From: an uncultured Gemmatimonadales bacterium
Lineage (GTDB): Bacteria > Gemmatimonadota > Gemmatimonadetes > Gemmatimonadales > GWC2-71-9
Reading direction: 5' to 3'
NCBI GenBank assembly: GCA_963704805.1
Contig: CAVPHS010000001.1
Span: 594,496-658,495, forward strand
Length of the DNA: 64,000 nt
The notes beneath the pieces were generated by a model that was given only the letters and a program-made list of their open reading frames with translations, ran no database searches and was not told the DNA's origin. Positions 9,650 through 18,121 of the stretch are shown piece after piece; the first letter of the stretch is position 1, and each line of letters opens with the position of its first letter. The position numbers and the translations under genes are program-made.

Positions 9650-9775
9650 ATGCCAAGTAATGATCTGGTGGCGTTTGGTGGGGTAGGGCTGCTCGGCCTT
9701 ATTGCGTTTCTGATCGATCTCTATCTGATCCGGCGCGACGAGGCCCGGCGGCGAGCGAATAGCGCGAAAGAGTAG
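9650..9775 (+). CDS. Small 1-TM peptide, paralogue of 9356..9484 (below ORF-track length cutoff)
   Basis: MPSNDLVAFGGVGLLGLIAFLIDLYLIRRDEARRRANSAKE shares the IRRDEARRRA tail motif with 9356..9484. Confidence 0.45.
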   Translation: MPSNDLVAFGGVGLLGLIAFLIDLYLIRRDEARRRANSAKE

Positions 9776-9796
9776 CTCCCGCCCGAGGAGCGCAGG

Positions 9797-10195
9797 CGGG
9801 TCGTCCACCGAAAGAGCCAGGTAGATCGCCGAACGCCCGTGCCGGTCCAACCGATGCGCGTGCTGGTGCACAAATTGTCCTAGTCGGCCCCGCCGATTAG
9901 GGGATATCCCCAGGAAATGTGCTGACCGGTCCACCCCGCGAGCACACTGATCCAACGAAGCAGCGCTCTGGTCCACGTCATCAGCAATCCCCTACGCGCG
10001 TTGTGCCTCCCGGTTCATCGCACAAACTCGCCGGTCCACAAAAACAGCGAGCGGTCCCGAGGATGCGAAACACTGCGACACGCAATGGGCGGACAGGTTT
10101 CGTCGCGGCATTTCTTGATTCCTCAAATTCGCGCGCCAAAAATTCCGCAGAGCGTCCTCATCCGGAGACAGCGTCGATTGGTCCGCGAGCACCGT
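9797..10195. repeat. 21-bp-phased array of GTCCAC-like hexamers
   Basis: GTCCAC at 9803, 9929, 9971 and 10034; GTCCGC at 10181. In-phase variants are GTCCAA 9845, GTGCAC 9866, ATCCAA 9950 and GTTCAT 10013. All offsets are exact multiples of 21. Confidence 0.75.
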
Positions 10196-10279
10196 GCACC
10201 GTGGCACGCGTTAGGCACACGCTCCCGAGCGTCGGGAGAAGTTCAACACACGACACGGATCCCGACGCCGTGTCATCAT

Positions 10280-10312
10280 CCCCTGACCCCCTCTCCGCAA
10301 GCGGAGAGGGGG
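10280..10312. repeat. Family-A palindromic element
   Basis: cccctgaccccctctccgcaagcggagaggggg, 22 nt upstream of the ATG at 10334. Confidence 0.85.
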
Positions 10313-10333
10313 AACGATGGGAGGGAGGTTTGT

Positions 10334-11020
10334 ATGAATGCCGTGGTACGCAGGCGGCTGGAAATGGCCGCGCGGGTCCGAGATTTCCTCCGGACCCACA
10401 AGACGGACGGAGTTGGTGAGGGGCTGGGACTCGCCAAGCTCGAGGAGCTCATCACGCGGGCGGAGGCGCTCGCGTCTCAGCAGCGGGGTGGTCAGGTCGC
10501 GACGCGGGCGGCGACGATGCAGCGCGCCGACATTCGCGAGCTGCTCAAGACCAAGCTACTCCGGTATCTGGTGGCGGTGGGCGCGGTGGCGGCGCGCGGG
10601 AATGTGGAGTTGTCGGCCCATTTCCGTCTGCCGCGCAAGTCCAGCCATCAGGCGTTCTTGACGGCTGCGCGTGGGATGCTGGACAAGGCGACCGCGCAGA
10701 AGGACGTCCTGGTGGGCGAAGGGATGTCGGCGACGTTGCTCGACGACCTCACCGCCAAGCTCGCAGAGTTCGAGAAGACGTTGGAGGCTTCGCGGGCGGG
10801 GCGGCGCGAGCATGTCGAGGCGAGCGCCGATCTCGAAGCCGTTGCCGCCGAGATCGCCGAGCGAGTACGGATGCTCGACGGGCTGGTGCGGTATCGGTTT
10901 GGGGACAACCCGGCGCTGATGGAAGGCTGGGCGAGCGCCCGGGATGTGCTGGGGCCGTTCCGGTCGAAGGCACCGCAGGAGCCAGAGGCCGGCGGTAGTG
11001 AGACGCCCAAGGCTGCATGA
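10334..11020 (+). CDS. Hypothetical all-alpha protein ('gene X'); its 3' end is repeated twice downstream
   Basis: ATG at 10334 (MNAVVRRRLEMAARVRDFL...). No family recognised. The ORF-track start at 10001 runs through a repeat and looks non-coding. Confidence 0.6.
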   Translation: MNAVVRRRLEMAARVRDFLRTHKTDGVGEGLGLAKLEELITRAEALASQQRGGQVATRAATMQRADIRELLKTKLLRYLVAVGAVAARGNVELSAHFRLPRKSSHQAFLTAARGMLDKATAQKDVLVGEGMSATLLDDLTAKLAEFEKTLEASRAGRREHVEASADLEAVAAEIAERVRMLDGLVRYRFGDNPALMEGWASARDVLGPFRSKAPQEPEAGGSETPKAA

Positions 11021-11032
11021 CGGCGGCTTAGG

Positions 11033-11072
11033 GGCGCGGCAGACTGATCACCTGCCGCGCCTTTGTCTTCTC
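11033..11072 (+). terminator. Intrinsic terminator of gene X
   Basis: 10-bp stem ggcgcggcag/ctgccgcgcc with a 9-nt loop, followed by tttgtcttctc. Confidence 0.6.
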
Positions 11073-11076
11073 AGAA

Positions 11077-12117
11077 CTAGTCCAAGACCGCGATTGTAAC
11101 ACCCACACTGCGGAACGAATCCATCGCTGCGAGCTCGGGGCCGACCTGCGACAGGGTGATCGTCTTTCCTAACAGTTTCTCAGGATGCAGGTGTCCCTTG
11201 GTTATCAAATCCAGCATCCCCACGTATTCCCTCGCCTGCAGCCCGTGCGTCCCTCTGATTTCGAGCTCCCGCGCGATCACCTGACTCATCGGCACGGGAG
11301 GATCGCTCTCACGGCCGAGGAGCAGTCCGACCTGGATGTGCCGTCCCCGCTTCCTGAGAGAAAGGATGGAATTGCGGCAGGTGGCGGGACTGCCGAGCGC
11401 ATCGATCGAGACATGGGCGCCGCCTCCCGTCACCTCCCGGATCGCGCCCGGCACATCCGCCACCTTCTGCGCGTCGATGACGATTTCGGCACCAGCACAC
11501 CGAGCCAGCTCGAGTTTCTCCGCGGTGATGTCGACGGCGATCACGCGTGCATCGAGAGCCCGCGCGATCATGGTGGTCGAGAGGCCAACGCCACCGCAGC
11601 CGTGCACGGCCACCCATTCGCCGGGCCGGGTTTGGCCCTGTCCGACGACGGCGCGGTACGCGGTCGCGAAACGGCACCCGAGCAATGCGGCGGTCGTGAA
11701 GGCCATGGCATCGGGGAGCCGCACCAGGTTCAGGTCGGCATAGGGGAGGGCGACGTACTCCGCGAAGCTGCCCCAGCCCGTGAAGCCCGGCTGGTAGTAG
11801 CGATCGCAGATCTGCTCGTCGCCCGCGCGGCAACGCTCGCACGAGCCGCATCCCATCGAGAAGGGGACGGTAATGCGGTCGCCCTGCTTCCATTTGCGTA
11901 CGGCGTTGCCCGTTGCGACCACCGTGCCGGCGAACTCGTGTCCAGGGACGTGTGGCACTTTGACGTCGGCGTCGTGGCCCTTCCATCCGTGCCAGTCGGA
12001 GCGGCAGAGTCCCGAGGCGCCGACTCTTATAACGACGCCGTCGGGGGTCGGCGTGGGATCGGGTACGTCGACTAGGCGAAGCGGGCCTTCGAATTGATCG
12101 TAGCGAACCGCTTTCAT
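11077..12117 (-). CDS. Zinc-binding alcohol dehydrogenase (MDR family)
   Basis: GLCRSDWHGWKG, GHEFAGTVVATG, the structural-Zn Cys cluster GCGSCERC and VHGCGGVGLS. Confidence 0.85.
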   Translation of the reverse strand: MKAVRYDQFEGPLRLVDVPDPTPTPDGVVIRVGASGLCRSDWHGWKGHDADVKVPHVPGHEFAGTVVATGNAVRKWKQGDRITVPFSMGCGSCERCRAGDEQICDRYYQPGFTGWGSFAEYVALPYADLNLVRLPDAMAFTTAALLGCRFATAYRAVVGQGQTRPGEWVAVHGCGGVGLSTTMIARALDARVIAVDITAEKLELARCAGAEIVIDAQKVADVPGAIREVTGGGAHVSIDALGSPATCRNSILSLRKRGRHIQVGLLLGRESDPPVPMSQVIARELEIRGTHGLQAREYVGMLDLITKGHLHPEKLLGKTITLSQVGPELAAMDSFRSVGVTIAVLD

Positions 12118-12205
12118 GTCGGGTGAATCTTACGTAAAAGCAGATCCCGCGCCGCACTTCCGCAGCCCTCATGGGTTCGCTCTATTCCACCGGCAATTCG
12201 CTCCA

Positions 12206-13921
12206 ATGGCCGTGGATTCCCCAGTGAACGCTATGTCTCTTCCTTCTGCCCAAGCGGAGCTTGAGCAATGGCGCGCGGTTCGCGCTGTCGTTCTCGCTCG
12301 CGACTCGCACATTTGCAGGGCTTGCGGCGAAACATGCTCTCAGGGCGAAGCCGACGTTCATCATCTGATTCCCCGTGCCGCCGGTGGGGTCGATGACCCC
12401 GCCAACCTGATCACACTGTGCGATGGCTGTCATGCTGCGCACCATCCGAACCTTCAAGGTACGCTTGCTCGCCGGATGATAGAGCGCTGGGGATTGAGGC
12501 TGGCTAGGGCACTGGATTTCCGGCACGAGTTGGCTGGCGTTGATGAATCGCTCGGCGCGGCGATGCGGCTGCTTGGAGTTACCCATCTCCGCACTCCCCA
12601 GCTAGACGTGATTCTCGCGGCCCTCCGAGGCGAGTCACTCCTTCTCGTCAGCGCGACCGGCTCTGGAAAGTCGCTCTGTTTTCAGGTGCCAATCCTGTTA
12701 ACGCGCGGGTGCGGGTTCGTGATTTCACCGTTGAAGGCGCTCATGAGCCAGCAGGTGGCCGACCTTACGATGAGAAAGGTCCCGGGCACCTTCATCAACG
12801 GTGACCTTGGCCCGCACGAAAAGGAGATCCGGTACCAACTGCTAAGGGATGGCGCAATCAAGTTCCTGTATTGCACGCCGGAGCGCTTCGATCCGAGAAT
12901 GGTTCGCCAGGCTGAAGTGGACGAGATCACTGGTACCCGGCCGGCCTACTTGGTGATCGACGAAGCGCATTGCATCGATCGTTGGGGAAATGACTTCCGC
13001 CCGAACTACGGCAAGTTGGGTGCAATTCGCCAGGCGCTTGGCAGCCCGCCGGTGTTGGCGTTCACCGCCACGGCCGGAACGCAGGGCCAGCGCCGCATTC
13101 TCGAATCGCTCGGCATACCAAACGCTCGCGTAGTGGTGACCGGGGTGAACCGACCGAACATCAAGTTCGTCCGTCTGCCGAACATGAAGGACAAGGTGCG
13201 GTTTTCCCTGATCATGAACCTCCTCAGGGTCATGCCGCATGGTCGTGCCATGTTGTTCGTGCCCACGGTCAACACCGGAAAGCAGCTCCAGGAGGGCCTT
13301 CGCTCGGTGGGATTAGACCTTCCCTTCTTCCACTCCAAACTCGGTACGGCTAACGACCGCGACATGCTGCTGGGCCAGTTCACGGGCCGCGTCGACCCGC
13401 CCGTGAGAGTCGTCATCTGTACCAATGCTTTCGGCATGGGACTCGATTTGCCCGACGTTCGACTCGTGGTTCACTGGCAGCATCCCGCGTCACCGGAAGA
13501 CTACCTTCAGGAATTCGGACGCGCTGGTCGGGATGGCAAGCCTTCGGTCGCTGTCATGTTCACAGCAGAGAGCGACGAAGGATTGCTCAGGTTCATGGCG
13601 GAGAAGACATCCGAGATGGCAGTCGACGACGCGTCCAAGGCCTCGGTGCTCGAAGCCAAGCTCGAAGCAATCAAGGAAATGCGGCGCATTGCGACGTCGA
13701 GAGGCGTCTGCGTTCGCAACAATATCGTCCAGTACTTTGGGGAAATGCCTTCGCCTCGGCGTAGAAGCATCGCCGTACGAATTGCGGAATGGGTGCTCTC
13801 ACGGTCCGTCCGTCTCCGACGAACCCGATTCTGCTGTGACCGGTGCGATCAGGTGAATGTCGACGATGTCGACGACGTCATCGCTTGGGCCGTCGGGGTT
13901 TTTGCACAGGAGGGTAGGTAG
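12206..13921 (+). CDS. HNH endonuclease domain fused to RecQ-family DEAH helicase
   Basis: HNH: CRACGE..DVHHLIPRAAGG..NLITLCDGCHAAHH. Helicase: SATGSGKSLCFQ, VIDEAHCIDRWGNDFRPNY, FTATA, RQLQEFGRAGRDG-like and a Zn-binding CCDRCD tail. Start uncertain (12116, 12206 or 12233). Confidence 0.75.
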   Translation: MAVDSPVNAMSLPSAQAELEQWRAVRAVVLARDSHICRACGETCSQGEADVHHLIPRAAGGVDDPANLITLCDGCHAAHHPNLQGTLARRMIERWGLRLARALDFRHELAGVDESLGAAMRLLGVTHLRTPQLDVILAALRGESLLLVSATGSGKSLCFQVPILLTRGCGFVISPLKALMSQQVADLTMRKVPGTFINGDLGPHEKEIRYQLLRDGAIKFLYCTPERFDPRMVRQAEVDEITGTRPAYLVIDEAHCIDRWGNDFRPNYGKLGAIRQALGSPPVLAFTATAGTQGQRRILESLGIPNARVVVTGVNRPNIKFVRLPNMKDKVRFSLIMNLLRVMPHGRAMLFVPTVNTGKQLQEGLRSVGLDLPFFHSKLGTANDRDMLLGQFTGRVDPPVRVVICTNAFGMGLDLPDVRLVVHWQHPASPEDYLQEFGRAGRDGKPSVAVMFTAESDEGLLRFMAEKTSEMAVDDASKASVLEAKLEAIKEMRRIATSRGVCVRNNIVQYFGEMPSPRRRSIAVRIAEWVLSRSVRLRRTRFCCDRCDQVNVDDVDDVIAWAVGVFAQEGR

Positions 13922-13938
13922 GATTAGGAGCTAACACG

Positions 13939-14245
13939 TTGGAGGCTTCACGGGCGGGGCGGCGCGAGCATGTGGAGGCGAGCGCCGATCTCGAGGCCGT
14001 GGCCGCCGAGATCGCCGAACGCGTCAGGAGCTCGACGGGCTGGTGCGGTATCGGTTAGGGGACAACGCGGCGCTGATGGAAGGCTGGTCGAGCGCTCGGG
14101 ATCCTTTGCTGCGCTCAGGACGAGTTGTGTTGGGACCGTTCCGGTCGAAGGCAGCGCAGGAGCCCGAGGCCGGCGGTAGTGAGACGCCGAAGGCTGCATG
14201 ACGGCGGCTTAGGGGCGCGGCAGACTGATCACCTGCCGTGCCATT
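13939..14245 (+). pseudogene. Degenerate duplicate of the 3' end plus terminator of gene X
   Basis: Aligns by eye to 10781-11065, from ttggaggcttc[g/a]cgggcggggcggcgcgagcatgt to ggctgcatgacggcggcttaggggcgcggcagactgatcacctgccg. It has indels and a ~30-nt insert. Confidence 0.8.
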
Positions 14246-14285
14246 TTGCGGTCCATCTCCAAAAGCAGATCAACGATAGGAGGAT

Positions 14286-14525
14286 ATGCCAATGACGAAG
14301 CGAGTGTTTACGTGGTCGAGCCACGAGATGGAGGCGACTGGGCAGCGCAACGTCGTGGGACGGAGCGTGCCCCGGTCGTTACGGAGAACAAGGCCGAGGC
14401 GATCAACTGAAGCCCGCAGGCTCGCACAGCAGCATCCGCTGAGCCAAGTGGTCATCAAAAGCGACAACGGCAGGGTCGAGCGCGAGTACACGTACGGCGA
14501 AGACCCGCATCGGTTCCGCGGATGA
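14286..14525 (+). pseudogene. DUF2188-like gene with frameshifts
   Basis: The C-terminus ARRLAQQHPLSQVVIKSDNGRVEREYTYGEDP is in the listed frame. The N-terminal VYVVEPRDGGDWAAQRRGTERAPVVTENKAEAIN is in another frame. The frames join at atcaacTgaagcc (~14405), with a second slip at the T-run ~14307. Confidence 0.6.
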
Positions 14526-14577
14526 GTGGCGCTGGAGGCTTAGGCGTGCCGCAAGGGGCTAGCGAGACCCATGACGA

Positions 14578-16332
14578 TCAGTCCTCCGGAGGACAATTTT
14601 CGGCACCCAAGACCTTTAGCAGAGAATCCTGGTCCATCGCATGGCGTGCCTCAATGATCGAGATGAGAGAATCCAGCGACCGCCGGTTGCTGGGTGATGA
14701 CTGGCGTTTCGATTTCAGGACCGCAAGACTGTCCAGGTCAGCCTGGGCTCGGCGCTGGGCAGCCTGGACAGCCGAAGACGCTTTTGTGCAGGGTCCCTGT
14801 GGGAGAGATAAGCACCCCGTCGGCTGGCCGTGTTCAGGTGCCAGGACATTATCGAGTCGGACGTGGGGGCGCTCTGCGGACACGAGGAATTCTTCCTTGC
14901 GCGCACCAATGGTCACCGTCACGCTGGTCGCACGCAGGTAGTTTCCCTGGACTGCAGTTTCAGGTCCGCATTTCTTTCCCATCTTAGAGAGTGCCACTCG
15001 AATGGACGAACTGTCACCGAATTCGATTCGTGCGGGAACCGCAGCCATTCTCAGGGAATCTGTCGACAGAACCCAGACAAATACTAGTCGCGGTGGATGA
15101 TCAGGTAGCGATGCGATGACAGCGGGAAGCAAGTTTTCCGTGACGATCCCCCTCGGGACGTGGACGCCGCTCCGGTCTAGATCGCCCTCGCCCGTCAGAG
15201 AATACTGTCCGCTGTCGATCAGTGCCTGAGCAGAATACCCCGCCACTTCACGAGAATAACTCGTGCGCTGAACGTAGCTGTGAATGGTGGACATACCACG
15301 ATCGACTTCGGTCCGCCACTCGTCAGTGTACTGGTCTTTGTTCCCCTCATTCCACGTCGATGAGACGTAGCGCTCGAGAATTGCAGTCCCCTCGGGAGAA
15401 AGAGTCTTCGAGTAAACGGTCCTCGTACTTATAGTTCGTATATGGTTGTTGTCCTTCTCAAAGAACGTCACTCCATCAAGGACATCGGGATCGATCCGCA
15501 ACGAATCGTTCACGCTCGCCTTTGCCAGAGACGGGTCAGGCGGCGCTTCGCGGTGAACCGAAGACCCAAAGGTCACACGAACAGCTTCGGAAAGAGGCAC
15601 CGCGTCCTGCGAAGCAATCGTCCCTAGCTGAGCGCGAACGTAGTTGATTGGAAGCGCGAAGTTCAGGTTTTGCGCCCCTGGTTCTGCCCATGTCCCGAGG
15701 ACGAGCCCGATCGCATGACCCCCCTCATCGAGTATGGGTCCACCGCTACTCCCGGGCGACGTAGGAGCCGAAATCTGAAAGAGCCTGTGATCCCCCTGGT
15801 TCCTCACACCGCTGAGTAGCCCATCACTGACCGTTGCCTCAAACCCCTCTGGTGCCCCAACAACGTAGATCCGCTGTCCCACCGAAGTACTATCCGAATT
15901 GCCAAGGGTGATCGTAGGGAGATCGACTCCCTCCATTTTGATGATGGCATAATCGAACCGGTGATCCACGCGATAGACTCCGGTAACTACCCGCGTGTCC
16001 CCGTCTGGCAGGCGAACGGAAGCTGAAGAGGCGCCGTCGATGACGTGAGCGGCCGTGACTAACAACCCGTTGGGAGAGATAACGAAGCCGCTCCCAGTAA
16101 AACCGCCACTCGCCTTCTTAACCGCGATGAATGCTGTTGCCCTCCTCGCCGCGTCGATGGTTCGAGCGCCCGCGGGATGCTGCGCATGAAGCGCGGAGGA
16201 GAACGACCCCAGGACAAGAAGGAGGCCGATATCTCTCGGACTTAGTTTTGTGGCCAAGAATGAAGAACTCCGTGCGTACGGTGCCCCCTTACGGGATGCG
16301 CCTAAGGTGCGGCGCCAGGCTTTCATGTTCAC
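14578..16332 (-). CDS. Secreted trypsin-like serine protease (S1C-like) with ~330-aa unknown C-terminal region
   Basis: GSGFVISPNGLLVTAAHV (His), DYAIIKM (Asp), GSSGGPILD (Ser), and an N-terminal signal/TM. Confidence 0.75.
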   Translation of the reverse strand: MNMKAWRRTLGASRKGAPYARSSSFLATKLSPRDIGLLLVLGSFSSALHAQHPAGARTIDAARRATAFIAVKKASGGFTGSGFVISPNGLLVTAAHVIDGASSASVRLPDGDTRVVTGVYRVDHRFDYAIIKMEGVDLPTITLGNSDSTSVGQRIYVVGAPEGFEATVSDGLLSGVRNQGDHRLFQISAPTSPGSSGGPILDEGGHAIGLVLGTWAEPGAQNLNFALPINYVRAQLGTIASQDAVPLSEAVRVTFGSSVHREAPPDPSLAKASVNDSLRIDPDVLDGVTFFEKDNNHIRTISTRTVYSKTLSPEGTAILERYVSSTWNEGNKDQYTDEWRTEVDRGMSTIHSYVQRTSYSREVAGYSAQALIDSGQYSLTGEGDLDRSGVHVPRGIVTENLLPAVIASLPDHPPRLVFVWVLSTDSLRMAAVPARIEFGDSSSIRVALSKMGKKCGPETAVQGNYLRATSVTVTIGARKEEFLVSAERPHVRLDNVLAPEHGQPTGCLSLPQGPCTKASSAVQAAQRRAQADLDSLAVLKSKRQSSPSNRRSLDSLISIIEARHAMDQDSLLKVLGAENCPPED

Positions 16333-16509
16333 AAACCCAATTCTACGCTAAATGATGGGTTCCCTTACCAAGCTGCATGGAGGCGCGATCAGACCTCGTG
16401 ACCAGCACGCGCTCCACATGACTTTGGCGGTTCCTTCAGCCATTGCTTCACTCCGCCATGTGCTCGCTCACTAGGACTGGAGCTACTGAGACCTGCTGTG
16501 CCAGTGATC

Positions 16510-17766
16510 TCATCGCAGATCCCAGTACCAGTTAAAATCGTAACCATCGGTCAATTCAAAACGCCGGAACCCCATGGTGCGCAATGTCCCAAAGAAGTCG
16601 GTGTTCTGAGACATCTGGTGCGCGGTTACGCGCCCGGCCAGGACGTATTTCATGTGTAGCGTCGTCGCTGCGCGGCCGAGCACGGTTACCTCCACATCCA
16701 TCCCCTGGTCGAGAAACAATGACTCCGCGCGCTTTGCAAACTCGCGGCGGTTTTGAATTATCGTCGCTTCAGTAGCACGAAGCGCCGCCTGTTGTAGCAG
16801 ACTGTCTTGATGTAATGCTTTTCTAAGGAGTTGCGCTCGTCGTTGCTGCTGTGGAGCAGTGAGCGGCGAATACAGAGCATTTAACTGCTCTCTCGCAGGT
16901 GCGATCCTCCCCCACCCGTCCTTGTTGGGGCGCAACAGCACGTCTGCGGAATCAAGTCGTCTCGTGACTGCACGGACATGGAGAGAATCGTGAGGAATAG
17001 TGAGGTGCGAACCGTGAACAAGGTCTTCAAATCGAAAAAGGTCTGCTGTGGTTCGCGTGGCAGGCACGCGCAGACTTGCCATCAGCTGCATGGCCGATGC
17101 ACTGTCGCCATGCCGCTTATCAGCAGACGCTGCGGGAGCAACGGAGCGCGATTCAGGTCTGCCGCTAACGGAGCCGACAAATATGCCCGCAAGCGCAGCG
17201 GCTACCATGGCAATGACAGTTCCCCGTGACAACTGCTGAATTGAAGGTCTGGGAACCGTTGTTTCTGTGGAGTGTCCCCCAGGGGTGAATACCGTTCCGC
17301 ATCGAGAACACAGGAAGGACGATTCCCATCGCGTGACGAGCTTTGGCAGCTCAGTCTGATTCCACTGCTTCTGTCGCCAGAGATATCGCGCGCACGGGAT
17401 TGCCAGCAGGACGCCGAAGAGGATACCTGCACCGGGATTGGCGAGGCCTCCGAAGTAGAGAGCCAGCCCCGCAAGTACACCCATCGCAGCCCACCCGCTC
17501 AATCTTAGAACTTGGGGTGGAGCGAGATCGCGTGCGAGCAGAGTCTTGTGAGTTCCCTGCGTCTTCGAACCAAAAACGCCTACTCCAAGCCCGCCCCGCG
17601 CCACGCCTGCACCGACTCCTCCGGTCTGCTCATCCACCATAGTCGTTCCTTCACGGTAGACGAGCGATACCCGACGAACGTCCGCAGCGCCGCAGCTGGG
17701 GCACGAGAGATCCATTTTCAGCTCCCGACGGAGGGCTTTCAGAAGATGCGTCGCAAAACGAACCAT
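16510..17766 (-). CDS. Membrane protein with two zinc-ribbon motifs and unknown C-terminal domain
   Basis: CPSCGA and CSRCGTVF motifs flank predicted TM helices (WAAMGVLAGLALYFGG.., VIAMVAAALAGIFVG). Start at 17766 or 17715. Confidence 0.55.
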   Translation of the reverse strand: MVRFATHLLKALRRELKMDLSCPSCGAADVRRVSLVYREGTTMVDEQTGGVGAGVARGGLGVGVFGSKTQGTHKTLLARDLAPPQVLRLSGWAAMGVLAGLALYFGGLANPGAGILFGVLLAIPCARYLWRQKQWNQTELPKLVTRWESSFLCSRCGTVFTPGGHSTETTVPRPSIQQLSRGTVIAMVAAALAGIFVGSVSGRPESRSVAPAASADKRHGDSASAMQLMASLRVPATRTTADLFRFEDLVHGSHLTIPHDSLHVRAVTRRLDSADVLLRPNKDGWGRIAPAREQLNALYSPLTAPQQQRRAQLLRKALHQDSLLQQAALRATEATIIQNRREFAKRAESLFLDQGMDVEVTVLGRAATTLHMKYVLAGRVTAHQMSQNTDFFGTLRTMGFRRFELTDGYDFNWYWDLR

Positions 17767-17794
17767 GGTTAGTGTTAGGTCTTGTGGAGATCGC

Positions 17795-17953
17795 CGAGCA
17801 GCTGCGGCTGCTCGGAGGGGCCTGTGCGGTGTCGGGTTCGGGATAGCGTCGACCTGATGGAGGCGTGGGCCAGCGCGCGGAATGTGCTGCGGCCGTTGAA
17901 GCCGAAGGGGCGGCTCGAAGACAGGTGGTGGTGAAAGGCCGAAGGCGGCGTGA
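17795..17953 (+). pseudogene. Third, more diverged 3' fragment of a gene-X homologue
   Basis: EIAEQLRLL..VDLMEAWASARNVLRPLKPKG parallels EIAERVRMLDGLVRYRFGDNPALMEGWASARDVLGPFRSKA of gene X. Confidence 0.6.
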
Positions 17954-17955
17954 TG

Positions 17956-18019
17956 CCTCACCCCCCGGCCCCTCTCCCGTTCGCTACGCTCAGGGGAGGC
18001 CCTTTCGGAAGAGGGGGAG
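17956..18019. repeat. Family-A element, long-loop variant
   Basis: cctcaccccccggcccctctccc...ggaagagggggag. Confidence 0.6.
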
Positions 18020-18043
18020 TGTAAGCAGACAGGCGCTCTGGGT

Positions 18044-18088
18044 GAAGGTCACGATCCTTCGCGCCTCGCGGCGCTCAGGACAACGCCT
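18044..18088. repeat. Family-B repeat, degenerate copy
   Basis: gatccttcgcgcctcgcggcgctcaggacaacgc. Confidence 0.5.
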
Positions 18089-18121
18089 GGCGCGCCCTGT
18101 TCACTCGAGGACCTCTTTGAT

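Noticed and set aside
9227-9976. 249-aa minus-strand ORF
   Set aside because: It runs antisense through family-B repeats and the small membrane-peptide genes. The composition is not protein-like. Only its heptad periodicity is noted, under the 21-bp array finding.
11185-12172. ORFs antisense or off-frame to the alcohol dehydrogenase (11185..12075, 11309..12172)
   Set aside because: These are shadow ORFs. The ADH frame carries all the family motifs.
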